A stretch of DNA of 64,000 nt from OCS116 cluster bacterium AG-435-F03. GTDB taxonomy: Bacteria; Pseudomonadota; Alphaproteobacteria; MED-G09. Both the position numbers and the translations under genes were made by a program. Location of the stretch: contig QCOV01000001.1 of assembly GCA_003212795.1 (NCBI GenBank), positions 624,893-688,892 of the forward strand, in the 5' to 3' direction. Within the stretch, counting starts at the first letter, position 1; every line of letters starts with the position of its first letter. Shown one piece after another: positions 37,865 through 46,980 of the stretch. Under the pieces are notes generated by a model. The model did not search any database. It was given only the letters and a program-made list of their open reading frames with translations, and was not told the DNA's origin.

Positions 37865-39777
37865 TCCTTATTATCTGGAGCAGCAGTTTCTTTAAGAATC
37901 ATATTTAAACTATCTTGAATATTTAGTGTTTCTTGCTTATTTGAGCCAAGTTTTCTAATTGCGACGGTTTTATCATCCATCTCATTAACTCCAACAACAA
38001 AAATATATGGCACTTTATTAACCGAATGTTCGCGCACCTTATAATTGATTTTTTCATTTCGAGAATCCAAAATAACTCTTATTCCTTTACTAATAAATTT
38101 TTCTTCTATCTCCTGAGCATATTTATCTGCTTTAGAAGTAATAGTAGCAATAACCAATTGTATCGGAGCTAGCCAAAGAGGAAATTTGCCTTCATAATGT
38201 TCAATTAAAATTCCTGTAAATCTTTCTAAACTTCCTAAAATAGCTCGATGTAACATAACTGGGGTATGTTTTTCATTATCTTCTCCAACATAACTTGCTC
38301 CCAATCTTCCTGGCATATTGAAATCAACCTGCAATGTTCCGCATTGCCATTTTCTACCAATAGCATCATGAAGATAAAAATCTAATTTCGGTCCATAAAA
38401 AGCACCATCTCCACTATTTGTATCAAAAGGTATGCCAGTTGCTTTAGATGCATTCAAAAGTGCATTTTCAGCTTTATCCCAGATTTCATCATCGCCTACC
38501 CTTTGATCTGGTCTATCAGCATACATTATCGTAACCTTATCAAAACCCAATTCACTGTATACATCTTGAAGCAATTTACAAAAATTTATAGTTTCACTTT
38601 CTATTTGATCTTCAGTACAAAAAATATGAGCATCATCTTGAACAAAATTCCTAACTCTCATTAAACCATGAAGAGCTCCAGAGGGTTCATTACGATGACA
38701 GGAGCCAAATTCAGCCATTCTCAATGGAAGATCTTTATAGCTCTTTATACCTTGATTATATATTTGAACATGTCCTGGGCAGTTCATAGGTTTAATCATC
38801 AATTCTCTATCATCAATAATTGTTTTATACATATTGTCTTTATATTTATCCCAATGACCTGACTCAACCCATAAATCTTTATCTAAAATTTGTGGAGTTT
38901 TAATTTCTTTATATCCTTCTTTTGAAATTTTTCTTCGAATATAATCTTCTAACTCTTTATAAATCGACCAACCGTTTGCATGCCAAAAAACCATACCAGG
39001 CGCAATGTCTTGAAAGTGAAAAAGATCCAATTCTTTTCCAAGCTTTCTATGATCTCTTTTCTCTGCTTCCTCAAGAAGAACAAGATGTTTTTTTAGCTCT
39101 TTTTCAGATGACCATGCAGTTCCATATACTCTTTGAAGCATTTTATTATCAGAACTGCCTCTCCAATATGCTCCAGCAATTTTCGTTAATTTAAAAGCTT
39201 TTAAGTGCCTAACTGATGTAACATGAGGACCTCTGCACATATCGATGTACTCATTATGATGATAAAGAGCTATAATTTCATCATCAGGAATTTCATTAAT
39301 TATTTCAATCTTATAGGGTTCATTTCTATTTTTAAATGTATCAAGTGCTTTTTTTCTTGTTACAACTTCTCTAACAACATCATAATTTGTTTTAGCTAAC
39401 TCTTTCATTCTTAATTCAATTTTTTCCAAATCATTTTCACTAAGTGATTCTTCAAGATCAATATCGTAATAGAAGCCATTTTCTATTGTTGGCCCTATAG
39501 CCATTTTTGCCTCAGGATATAATTGCTTCAAAGCATGACCAAATAAATGAGCACATGAATGTCTAATTATTTCTATTCCATCTTCATCGCTATTGGTGAT
39601 TAAAACTGCTTCAGAATCTGATTCAATAAGCTCAGAAGCATCTACAAGCTTACCATTAAGTACACCAGCAACGGTTGCTTTAGCTAAACCAGAACCAATT
39701 GAAGATGCAAGATCATCAAAATTAATTGGCTTATCAAAGTTTTTTACTGATCCATCTGGTAATTTTATATTTGGCAT
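37861..39777 (-). CDS. thrS: threonine-tRNA ligase
   Basis: 638 aa with TGS and second-additional domains, class II core and anticodon-binding domain. Confidence 0.95.
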   Translation of the reverse strand: MPNIKLPDGSVKNFDKPINFDDLASSIGSGLAKATVAGVLNGKLVDASELIESDSEAVLITNSDEDGIEIIRHSCAHLFGHALKQLYPEAKMAIGPTIENGFYYDIDLEESLSENDLEKIELRMKELAKTNYDVVREVVTRKKALDTFKNRNEPYKIEIINEIPDDEIIALYHHNEYIDMCRGPHVTSVRHLKAFKLTKIAGAYWRGSSDNKMLQRVYGTAWSSEKELKKHLVLLEEAEKRDHRKLGKELDLFHFQDIAPGMVFWHANGWSIYKELEDYIRRKISKEGYKEIKTPQILDKDLWVESGHWDKYKDNMYKTIIDDRELMIKPMNCPGHVQIYNQGIKSYKDLPLRMAEFGSCHRNEPSGALHGLMRVRNFVQDDAHIFCTEDQIESETINFCKLLQDVYSELGFDKVTIMYADRPDQRVGDDEIWDKAENALLNASKATGIPFDTNSGDGAFYGPKLDFYLHDAIGRKWQCGTLQVDFNMPGRLGASYVGEDNEKHTPVMLHRAILGSLERFTGILIEHYEGKFPLWLAPIQLVIATITSKADKYAQEIEEKFISKGIRVILDSRNEKINYKVREHSVNKVPYIFVVGVNEMDDKTVAIRKLGSNKQETLNIQDSLNMILKETAAPDNKD

Positions 39778-39779
39778 AA

Positions 39780-40019
39780 CTAGTTATTTATCTTTTTTTT
39801 AACAGGAACTGGATCATATCCATACCCACCCCAAGGATTACATTTTATAATACGAATGAAGGATAATTTAAAACCATAAAAAAATCCATGTTTTGAAAAG
39901 GCTTCCATTGCATAAGAAGAGCATGAGGGCTCAAACCTACATGACTTACCTAAAAAAGGTGATATCAAATATTTATACCCCTTAATTAATGTTATACATA
40001 TTTTACTTGCTATACTCAT
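39780..40019 (-). CDS. yidD: membrane protein insertion efficiency factor YidD
   Basis: 79 aa: [27 protein letters not shown]...[13 protein letters not shown] (DUF37/YidD signature). Confidence 0.9.
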   Translation of the reverse strand: MSIASKICITLIKGYKYLISPFLGKSCRFEPSCSSYAMEAFSKHGFFYGFKLSFIRIIKCNPWGGYGYDPVPVKKKINN

Positions 40020-40067
40020 AACTATAAAAATAATAAGTTATCTATATGCTATAAATTATTTCATTTT

Positions 40068-40097
40068 TTTATCCACAGAAAAATGGAGTTATCCACA
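40068..40097 (+). promoter_or_regulatory. two perfect DnaA boxes (TTATCCACA), direct repeats 21 bp apart
   Basis: TTATCCACA at 40068-40076 and 40089-40097, in the divergent region between the yidD-thrS operon and the candidate sRNA promoter. Confidence 0.6.
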
Positions 40098-40116
40098 AGA
40101 AAATGATTAACCTGAA

Positions 40117-40144
40117 TTGACCTGCATAAGTATCTATGTAAAAT
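40117..40144 (+). promoter_or_regulatory. sigma70-like promoter (-35 TTGACC, 16-nt spacer, -10 TAAAAT)
   Basis: Read directly at 40117-40122 and 40139-40144. It points into the GC-rich structured region. Confidence 0.5.
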
Positions 40145-40150
40145 AAATCT

Positions 40151-40373
40151 TGACGGTCGTAATGACCAATGGCCGTTGGGCGGGTGACATGCCGCTGTGA
40201 GGGTCGGATGGTCTCCGATCCATGGTGAAAGTAGAGGTAGCAATATCTCGAGGATAGCCAGCCAGAAGCCGGAAAGCTGGTCTGTAAAAGGAAGGAGCGC
40301 TGGGTTAGGGTAGCGAGATGTCAGTCTTAATCGGGGGCGATTAAGTCACACTAAAAGGGAGCTCGATGTGGGT
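40151..40373 (+). ncRNA. candidate structured small RNA of unknown family (about 220 nt)
   Basis: GC-rich island (about 50% GC against about 30% background) with perfect hairpins gggtcgga-tggtc-tccgatcc (40170-40190) and cttaatcg-gggg-cgattaag (40315-40334). It has its own promoter and ends in an intrinsic terminator. No convincing protein ORF. Confidence 0.5.
40345..40373 (+). terminator. rho-independent terminator (agggagc-tcgatgt-ggttccct followed by T7)
   Basis: G+C stem followed by TTTTTTT on the + strand; the reverse strand has only a 4-T tail. Bidirectional use is possible at this convergent junction. Confidence 0.6.
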
Positions 40374-40382
40374 TCCCTTTTT

Positions 40383-40844
40383 TTATTTCAATTCATTTAT
40401 ACAATTTTCAACAGCATCGAAAACCAATAGAACAGAGGCATGTCTTCCTTTAAAATCCTTAACTGGTTCAAAATATTTCAAATCATCCCATTTTCCTGAT
40501 GGAGGGGCGCCATCTTCCTTTAGCATATTGTACATTTCTTTTTTTATTTCTAAGAGCTCTTTTGAGTCTGATCCTATTATATTTCTTGCCATAACTGAGG
40601 ATGCTGCTTTACCAAGAGAACAAGCTTTAATTTCATGGGTGAAATCATTTACAATATTATCTTCCATATTTAAATAAACCGTAATTTTAGAACCACATAA
40701 TTTACTAACTACCGTAGAAGAGGAATCTGGTTTATCAAGCTTTCCTAATCTAGGAATATCTGATGATAACCTTAAAATATTTGTATTATATAAATCCTTA
40801 ATCACTTTTTTTCTTCCATGTAGTAATATTGTTCTTATCTTCAA
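40383..40844 (-). CDS. NifU/IscU-like Fe-S scaffold-domain protein (divergent)
   Basis: 153 aa, colinear by eye with the IscU/NifU N-domain (YNTNILRLSSDIPRLGKL...CGSKI...ACSLGKAASS...EPVK...RHAS). The ATG at 40844 overlaps cysS by 46 nt; the in-frame GTG at 40808 (8-nt overlap gtgattaa) is an alternative start. Confidence 0.6.
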   Translation of the reverse strand: MKIRTILLHGRKKVIKDLYNTNILRLSSDIPRLGKLDKPDSSSTVVSKLCGSKITVYLNMEDNIVNDFTHEIKACSLGKAASSVMARNIIGSDSKELLEIKKEMYNMLKEDGAPPSGKWDDLKYFEPVKDFKGRHASVLLVFDAVENCINELK

Positions 40845-42165
40845 GTACTATACCCATATCTAAAAGTTTATCCCTTATATTATCTGCAACTAAAAAATCT
40901 CTAGATTGCCTTGCTTGATTTCTTTCTTCAATGAGCTCATCAATTACTTTTGTATCAATATTATTATCTTCTTTTAATAACCAATTACTTGGCTTTGAAA
41001 ATAAGAGTCCCATAAAGTTAGCAGATTTAATAAATGAACTTCTTAACTCATTATTATCAGGATCTTTTTTTAGATCTTTAAACATTGAGTGGAGAACTGA
41101 TATTGCTTTTGGTGTATTAATATCATCAGATAAAGAACTAAGAATTTCTTCATTAACATTAATATCCATAGTATCAACACCTTCATATTGTTCTAGGAAA
41201 GAATAAAAAGTATTTAATGTTTTTTTTGATTGATCAACTAAATCATCTGACCACTTTAAAGGCTGCCTATAATGAGAGCTCATTAAAGATAGCCTTATTA
41301 CTTCGCCGGGCATTTCATTAATTAAATCTTTAATTAATAGAATATTTCCAAGAGATTTAGACATTTTGGAATCTGCCATTTGAACCATTCCATTATGTAA
41401 CCAAAAATTTGCTAATTGCTTACCATCATTTCTACAAAATGACTGCGCACACTCATTTTCATGATGAGGAAACCTTAAATCTTCACCTCCACCATGAATA
41501 TCTATAGTTTCTCCAAATATCTCTAGAATCATAGTCGAGCATTCTAGGTGCCATCCTGGCCGCCCTCTTCCCCAAGGACTGTCCCAGCCAATCTCATTTT
41601 CATTAGAAGGTTTCCACAAAACAAAATCTAAAGGGTTTTTTTTGTAATCTTGAACTTCAACTCTTGAGCCTGCAATCATATCTTTAGGATCTCTGCTAGA
41701 TAAATCCCCATATGATTTATAAGAATCAATATTAAATAACACATGTCCCTCAGAAAAGTATGCATTATCTTTTTTTATTAAATCCTCAATAAATAAAATC
41801 ATCTCAGAAATAAATTGTGTTGCATAAGGCTCCTTATTAGGTTTTTCAACATTCAAAATTTTCATATCTGAGTGATATTGATTTGTAGATTTCTTGGTAA
41901 TTTCAGATATTTCAACATTTTGCTCAAAAGCAGCATTTATTATTTTATCATCAACATCAGTTATATTTCTTGCATATGTAACATTTTTATATTTATTTCT
42001 TAGTAATTTTGCCAATACATCAAAAACTACTGCTGGTCTTGCATTACCAATATGATGTGCCCCATAAACTGTCGGGCCACATACATACATAGTCACATTT
42101 TCATCATTAACAGGATGAAATATCTCTTTTTTCTTACTTTTTGAGTTATATAATCGAATTTCCAT
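40798..42165 (-). CDS. cysS: cysteine-tRNA ligase
   Basis: 455 aa with HIGNARP (HIGH) and KMSKSLGN motifs and zinc-binding Cys. Confidence 0.95.
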   Translation of the reverse strand: MEIRLYNSKSKKKEIFHPVNDENVTMYVCGPTVYGAHHIGNARPAVVFDVLAKLLRNKYKNVTYARNITDVDDKIINAAFEQNVEISEITKKSTNQYHSDMKILNVEKPNKEPYATQFISEMILFIEDLIKKDNAYFSEGHVLFNIDSYKSYGDLSSRDPKDMIAGSRVEVQDYKKNPLDFVLWKPSNENEIGWDSPWGRGRPGWHLECSTMILEIFGETIDIHGGGEDLRFPHHENECAQSFCRNDGKQLANFWLHNGMVQMADSKMSKSLGNILLIKDLINEMPGEVIRLSLMSSHYRQPLKWSDDLVDQSKKTLNTFYSFLEQYEGVDTMDINVNEEILSSLSDDINTPKAISVLHSMFKDLKKDPDNNELRSSFIKSANFMGLLFSKPSNWLLKEDNNIDTKVIDELIEERNQARQSRDFLVADNIRDKLLDMGIVLEDKNNITTWKKKSD

Positions 42166-42280
42166 AGCAAAAATCTATAAAATACTTGTATTTTCTTATA
42201 TTAATATCATATACATTGCTATATTAGAAAATTAATCAAAGTAAAAGTCACAATTTTGTCTTTTATGTCAGGAGATTGTC

Positions 42281-42895
42281 ATGGATATGAAAGTTGATAA
42301 AAATCAAATCGATTTAGATCAAGAGAAGCCTACGAGGGAAGAAGCTATGGATGCAGTTAAAACCCTTATATCATGGGCTGGTGATAATCCATCTCGTGAA
42401 GGGTTGATAGACACACCTAAAAGAGTTGTGAAAGCTTATGAAGAATTTTTTGCAGGCTATAATCAAGATCCTCTATCAACTCTAAGTAAAACATTTGAGG
42501 ATGTTCAGGGTTATGACGATATTGTCTTTCTAAGAGATATTAATATAGAAACTCATTGTGAACACCATATGGTACCAATTCTAGGTGTTGCACATGTGGC
42601 CTATTTACCTAGAGATAAAGTGGTTGGTATCTCAAAACTAGCAAGAGTAATTGATATTTTTGCAAAGAGGCTTCAAACTCAAGAAACCATGACGATGCAA
42701 ATTCTTGAAACCATTGATCAAGCACTAGATCCTCTTGGTACAGCTATAATGATTGATGCTAAGCATCAATGTATGACGACAAGAGGCATTAGCAAGCCTA
42801 ATGTATCAACAGTTACTACCAAGTTTTCAGGATTATTTGCTGAAGATAGTGAGCTAAGACAGAGATTTATGGGCCTAACACAAGCAAAAGGTTAA
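42281..42895 (+). CDS. folE: GTP cyclohydrolase I
   Basis: 204 aa with ETHCEHHMVPILGVAHVAYLP and QERLTxQ-type motifs. Confidence 0.92.
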   Translation: MDMKVDKNQIDLDQEKPTREEAMDAVKTLISWAGDNPSREGLIDTPKRVVKAYEEFFAGYNQDPLSTLSKTFEDVQGYDDIVFLRDINIETHCEHHMVPILGVAHVAYLPRDKVVGISKLARVIDIFAKRLQTQETMTMQILETIDQALDPLGTAIMIDAKHQCMTTRGISKPNVSTVTTKFSGLFAEDSELRQRFMGLTQAKG

Positions 42896-42897
42896 TT

Positions 42898-43386
42898 TTG
42901 TCACAAAATTACGAAAATAATTTCAAACAAAGATTATCAGTCGAAGAGGTTGAAGAAGGTCTTTCTTTAAGCCCTAAATTTGATGAAAACGGTTTAATAC
43001 CATGTATAACCACAGATAATAATACTGGTGAATTATTGATGGTTGGCTATATGAACGCTGAGGCATTAACTAAAACAATAGAAAATGGTGAGGCTTATTA
43101 TTTTAGCCGTTCACAGAAAAAAATTTGGCATAAAGGTTCTGTTTCGGGTTTAACCCAAAAAATTGTTGAAATGAGAATTGATGATGATCAAGATTCTATT
43201 TGGATATCAGTTGATGTATCAGGAACAGGCGCTAGTTGTCATGTTGGATATAAATCATGTTTTTACCGATCAATTCCTTTGAAGTCTAAGGTTAATGAAA
43301 ACATTGAACTTATAATGAGCGATGAAGAAAAGCTTTTTGATCCTGATGAAGTATATAAAGGCCTTCCAAACCCAACAAAGTTATAG
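42898..43386 (+). CDS. hisI: phosphoribosyl-AMP cyclohydrolase with a C-terminal extension of about 30 aa
   Basis: PRA-CH core (ITTDNNTGELLMVGYMNAEAL...WHKGSVSG...CHVGYKSCFY); 162 aa against a typical 110-135. Confidence 0.85.
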   Translation: MSQNYENNFKQRLSVEEVEEGLSLSPKFDENGLIPCITTDNNTGELLMVGYMNAEALTKTIENGEAYYFSRSQKKIWHKGSVSGLTQKIVEMRIDDDQDSIWISVDVSGTGASCHVGYKSCFYRSIPLKSKVNENIELIMSDEEKLFDPDEVYKGLPNPTKL

Positions 43387-43761
43387 TTAATCTGGAAATT
43401 TTTCAAAAGGAAATGGTTTTTGATCATTATTACCTGTTGAAAACAAAAGACATTCCTTCAAATATAAAGATAATCTTCGAGAAAACTCATTTAATTCAGA
43501 AAGCTGACCAGAATCAACTACCCTCACTATAAAAGATAAAATAGATAAAACTACAATTACCCAAAAAGACATCCAAGCTAAAATAAGAAAAGCAACACAG
43601 AATATAAATTCTTTAAAATACTTAAAAACTTTTAAAGCAATTTGATCATCTGCAGATTTTGCTTCAGAAGGCTGACTAGTTATTTCGTCATCAGATTGAT
43701 TATTCAGTGAGTTATCTGAATTCTCAAATTCTTCATTAATATCTTTATTATCTTCATTCAT
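43387..43761 (-). CDS. hypothetical membrane protein (acidic N-terminal domain plus two TM helices)
   Basis: 124-aa ORF abutting hisI; no recognisable family. Confidence 0.45.
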   Translation of the reverse strand: MNEDNKDINEEFENSDNSLNNQSDDEITSQPSEAKSADDQIALKVFKYFKEFIFCVAFLILAWMSFWVIVVLSILSFIVRVVDSGQLSELNEFSRRLSLYLKECLLFSTGNNDQKPFPFEKFPD

Positions 43762-43805
43762 GAATACATATCTTTCATAATAAATTTTCTATATCAACAA
43801 AAAAA

Positions 43806-44420
43806 TTAAGAATTCTTTGTTAATTTATTCAATTTATAGTCAATAAGCTCAATCCTATCATTACCAAAATACATATCATTATCATTAATAAAAATCGTAG
43901 GCGATCCAAAACCGCCCCTTTCAATAAGACTTTCAGTATTATTTCTAAGTTTATTTTTAACTGTTTCTTTTTGTATTGAGTGAAAAGTTTTTGAAGGATC
44001 CATACCACAATTTTTTAATATTCTTTCTAAGATATCGTTGTCTCCAACATTAAGATCATCTTCCCAATAGGATTTAAAGCAGAGGCTTGCAAATTCTACC
44101 AATTTATTTTCTTCTTCCGCAATAATGGCTATTCGCATCATTTTAACAGCATTTACAGGAAATATTGATGGCCACTTTATCTTAACTTCCGATAATTCAG
44201 CCCAATCCTGCATATCTTTTCTTGAGTATTTAAATTTTCTTGGATTTGGGTTTTCTCTCTGAATATATATATCTTTATTAACCTCATTGAAAACACCTCC
44301 AACTAATATTGGTTTCCAAGTTGGCCTAATACTGTATTTTTCTAAAACTGAATGAATTCTTGAAAAAGCTAAATAAGTCCATGGAGAGGAACAATCAAAA
44401 AAAAACTCAAATTTAACCAT
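43806..44420 (-). CDS. 2-hydroxychromene-2-carboxylate isomerase-family protein (DsbA-like thioredoxin fold, NahD/GST-kappa-like)
   Basis: 204 aa with N-terminal FFFDCSSPWTYLAF (the FDxxSPWxY signature of HCCA isomerases). Confidence 0.8.
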   Translation of the reverse strand: MVKFEFFFDCSSPWTYLAFSRIHSVLEKYSIRPTWKPILVGGVFNEVNKDIYIQRENPNPRKFKYSRKDMQDWAELSEVKIKWPSIFPVNAVKMMRIAIIAEEENKLVEFASLCFKSYWEDDLNVGDNDILERILKNCGMDPSKTFHSIQKETVKNKLRNNTESLIERGGFGSPTIFINDNDMYFGNDRIELIDYKLNKLTKNS

Positions 44421-44425
44421 TCAAG

Positions 44426-45217
44426 TTATTTTCCTTTCCAATCAGGTTTTCTTTTTTGAGAAAAAGCAAGAGGACCTTCTACAAAATCTTCACTCTTAAA
44501 TAATGAAATAACTGAATCATATTTTTGATTCATTGCTTCTTCAATTGATGAAAAGTTTAAGCCATCTAAAGCAACATTTTTAGTTGTTCTGATAGAAACT
44601 GGTGAGCATTCCATAATCATCTCAGCCCATTCCTCAGCCCTTATTAATAATTCTTCTTGGGACACAACCTCATTAACAAAACCAAGGTCTTTGCCTTCCG
44701 AAGCTTTTACTGTTCTACCTGTTAACATCATTCCCATTGCTCTTTTTAAACCTATCTGTCTCGGAAGTCGGTGCATACCTCCTGCAAGAGCAGCCAAACC
44801 AACTTTTGGTTCAGGAAGAGCAAATGTCGCATTATCAGAGGCAATAATCAGATCACATGCTAATGCAATTTCAAACCCTCCTCCCATAGCCACTCCATTA
44901 ACTGCGGCAATTATTGGCTTATTGAGATCATATCTTGATGTAAGACCAGCAAATCCAGATGGGACACTCTCCATTTTACCCCCTTCAGCTTGATATTTTA
45001 AATCATTACCTGCTGAAAAGGCCCGATCACCTGATCCAGTTACAATTGCAACCCAAGCCTCATTATCTTTTTGAAAATTATTAAAGATCTCATCTAATTC
45101 TTTATGAGCAGGTGAATGTAAAGCATTCATTCTTTCTGGTCTATTAAGGGTTATAATCCATAAATGTTCTTTTTTTTCTATAATAGCAAATTCGTAAGCC
45201 ATAATTTCTCCTGTCAC
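44426..45217 (-). CDS. enoyl-CoA hydratase/isomerase (crotonase family)
   Basis: 263 aa with [19 protein letters not shown] oxyanion-hole region. Confidence 0.88.
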   Translation of the reverse strand: MTGEIMAYEFAIIEKKEHLWIITLNRPERMNALHSPAHKELDEIFNNFQKDNEAWVAIVTGSGDRAFSAGNDLKYQAEGGKMESVPSGFAGLTSRYDLNKPIIAAVNGVAMGGGFEIALACDLIIASDNATFALPEPKVGLAALAGGMHRLPRQIGLKRAMGMMLTGRTVKASEGKDLGFVNEVVSQEELLIRAEEWAEMIMECSPVSIRTTKNVALDGLNFSSIEEAMNQKYDSVISLFKSEDFVEGPLAFSQKRKPDWKGK

Positions 45218-45759
45218 AATAATTTTAAATTTTCTTTATAATTTTTCCAATTCTCACAATAATGATCTGCTGAAGCAATTAAAAAACTTTCCATATCTTT
45301 ATCAATCGTCCTTATAACTTTGCCTGGCACCCCAACAACCATTGAATTATCTGGAATTTCTTTTTTTTCAGGAATAAGTGTTTTAGATCCAATAAGACAA
45401 TTTTTTCCAATTTTTGCTCCATTTAAAATTACTGTTCCAATACCAATAAGTGAATTATCTCCAATACTACAACCATGAAGCATAACTTGATGGCCAATTG
45501 TTACATTCTTTCCTATTTTTAGAGGAAAACCATAGTCAGTATGTAAAACACTTCCATCTTGAACATTACTATTTTCTCCAATAAGAATTTCTTCACAGTC
45601 ACCCCTTAGAGTAGCTGAGAACCAAACGCTTGAATTTACTTTCATTTTTACATCGCCAATAATATTAGCATCAGGAGCAACCCAATATCTCTCATCATCA
45701 GGCAATATAGGTTCTTTATCGTTAAGTTTAAAAATCGGCATTAGTGCATTATAAATCAA
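45214..45759 (-). CDS. gamma-carbonic-anhydrase-like hexapeptide-repeat protein (YrdA/PaaY-like)
   Basis: 181 aa left-handed beta-helix with metal-binding His pattern (HTDYG...HQVMLHG). Confidence 0.8.
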   Translation of the reverse strand: MIYNALMPIFKLNDKEPILPDDERYWVAPDANIIGDVKMKVNSSVWFSATLRGDCEEILIGENSNVQDGSVLHTDYGFPLKIGKNVTIGHQVMLHGCSIGDNSLIGIGTVILNGAKIGKNCLIGSKTLIPEKKEIPDNSMVVGVPGKVIRTIDKDMESFLIASADHYCENWKNYKENLKLL

Positions 45760-46159
45760 AATCTAAAATTGACATCGAAAATGTACATGAAGCATCATTA
45801 TCTCTAAAAACAACTCCTATAAATTCTTCCTCATCATTTTCATTTAGTATTAATACTTCCTTAGAATCTTCAATTGACCCCCTATCAGAAATAATGATTT
45901 TCTTTTTTTTAGATAAAGATTGAATATTTGTTTCTAAGTTTTCTTTATCAGCAATTGAGTGATCTATTGGAATAGTTAATGAATAAGAAATATCCTCTTC
46001 ATCAGGGTCATCATCTTTTTGTAAGCTCCCAATAGCTTCGGAGGAAATAAAAATAGATGCAGTTGGTGGTACATCTTGATCTTTTCTAACCGATATATCT
46101 TCATTATCAAATATATCTCTTAAATAGTTTTGAATTATTAGAATTTCATCATTATTCAT
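45749..46159 (-). CDS. acidic hypothetical protein; termini resemble a small conserved alphaproteobacterial family (DUF3126-like, recalled from memory)
   Basis: 136 aa. The N-terminus [12 protein letters not shown] and C-terminus [25 protein letters not shown] resemble about 70-aa proteins of alphaproteobacteria, but with a roughly 60-aa D/E-rich insertion. Overlaps the LbH gene by 11 nt. Confidence 0.5.
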   Translation of the reverse strand: MNNDEILIIQNYLRDIFDNEDISVRKDQDVPPTASIFISSEAIGSLQKDDDPDEEDISYSLTIPIDHSIADKENLETNIQSLSKKKKIIISDRGSIEDSKEVLILNENDEEEFIGVVFRDNDASCTFSMSILDFDL

Positions 46160-46169
46160 AATTAAGCCT

Positions 46170-46901
46170 TTAGTTATTTATAATCTTTGCTGGTACACCA
46201 ACAGCTGTACAATCTTTTGGAATATCATTTAATACAACTGATCCTGCTCCGATTTTTGTATTGTCACCTATTTTTATATTTCCAACTATAGTGGAATTTG
46301 CTGATAACAAAACATTCTTACCTACTTGAGGGTGTCTTTGACCTTTTTCTGCACCAACTCCACCTAAAGTCACACCATGGAATATAGAACAATAATCTCC
46401 AACTCTAGCGGTTTCCCCTATAACAACTCCAGATGCATGATCAATCATAATGCCTTTGCCTATCTCGGCACTGGGGTGTATATCAACATTAAATTTTTCT
46501 GAAACAATTGATTGGATGTACATTGAAAAACCCAATTTTTCTTTACTCCAATAATTAGCCACTCTATGTGCCTGCAATGCCTGAAAACCTTTGTAAAAAA
46601 GCAATGGCTGAAAAAGATAATTACATGCAGGGTCTTTATAATAAATTTCATTTATATCCTCCTCTATTGCATCAATAATATCTTTATTAGTAAAAGCTAT
46701 ACCAACATCATGAATAATATTTTCTTCATTAATTTCCTGCGATTTTAAATTTTTACTTACTAATAAAGATAATGCATCAGATAGTTTATTAAAATTTAAA
46801 ATATTACTCTTAAAATAATATTCCATAGTTTTATCATTAGAAAATAATTCAACCTCTTCTAAAATTTTATTCCAGAGATCTTCTTTATAAAGTTTTTTCA
46901 T
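46170..46901 (-). CDS. cysE: serine O-acetyltransferase
   Basis: 243 aa with SATase N-domain plus hexapeptide domain (DIHPSAEIGKGIMIDHASGVVIGETARVGDYCSIFHGVTLGG). Confidence 0.9.
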   Translation of the reverse strand: MKKLYKEDLWNKILEEVELFSNDKTMEYYFKSNILNFNKLSDALSLLVSKNLKSQEINEENIIHDVGIAFTNKDIIDAIEEDINEIYYKDPACNYLFQPLLFYKGFQALQAHRVANYWSKEKLGFSMYIQSIVSEKFNVDIHPSAEIGKGIMIDHASGVVIGETARVGDYCSIFHGVTLGGVGAEKGQRHPQVGKNVLLSANSTIVGNIKIGDNTKIGAGSVVLNDIPKDCTAVGVPAKIINN

Positions 46902-46980
46902 AACATTCCTCTAAAAATAACTTTATTTACTTTATTTATAACTTATAACTACATTGCTATGATAAATGGAAGAGTAAAAT

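Noticed and set aside
40020-40400. This region as the chromosomal replication origin
   Set aside because: Only two DnaA boxes, no cluster of additional boxes, no obvious AT-rich 13-mer-like DUE repeats and no dnaA or dnaN nearby. A regulatory role is more parsimonious; a skew analysis is needed.
40100-40400. T-box or ThrRS-operator leader for yidD-thrS; RNase P RNA; tmRNA; cobalamin riboswitch
   Set aside because: The promoter and strong terminator point to a + strand transcript convergent with neighbours, not a minus-strand leader. I could find no T-box sequence, P4 motif GGAAAGUCCGGGCU, tmRNA T-loop or ANDN tag frame, or B12 box GCCACUG. Identity is left open.
40061-40677. ORFs 40061-40243 (-) and 40366-40677 (+) from the six-frame track
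   Set aside because: The first overlaps the DnaA boxes, the promoter and the GC-rich structured RNA region, and its translation is Pro/His/Leu-rich, as expected from GC-rich noncoding sequence. The second is antisense to the NifU-like gene.
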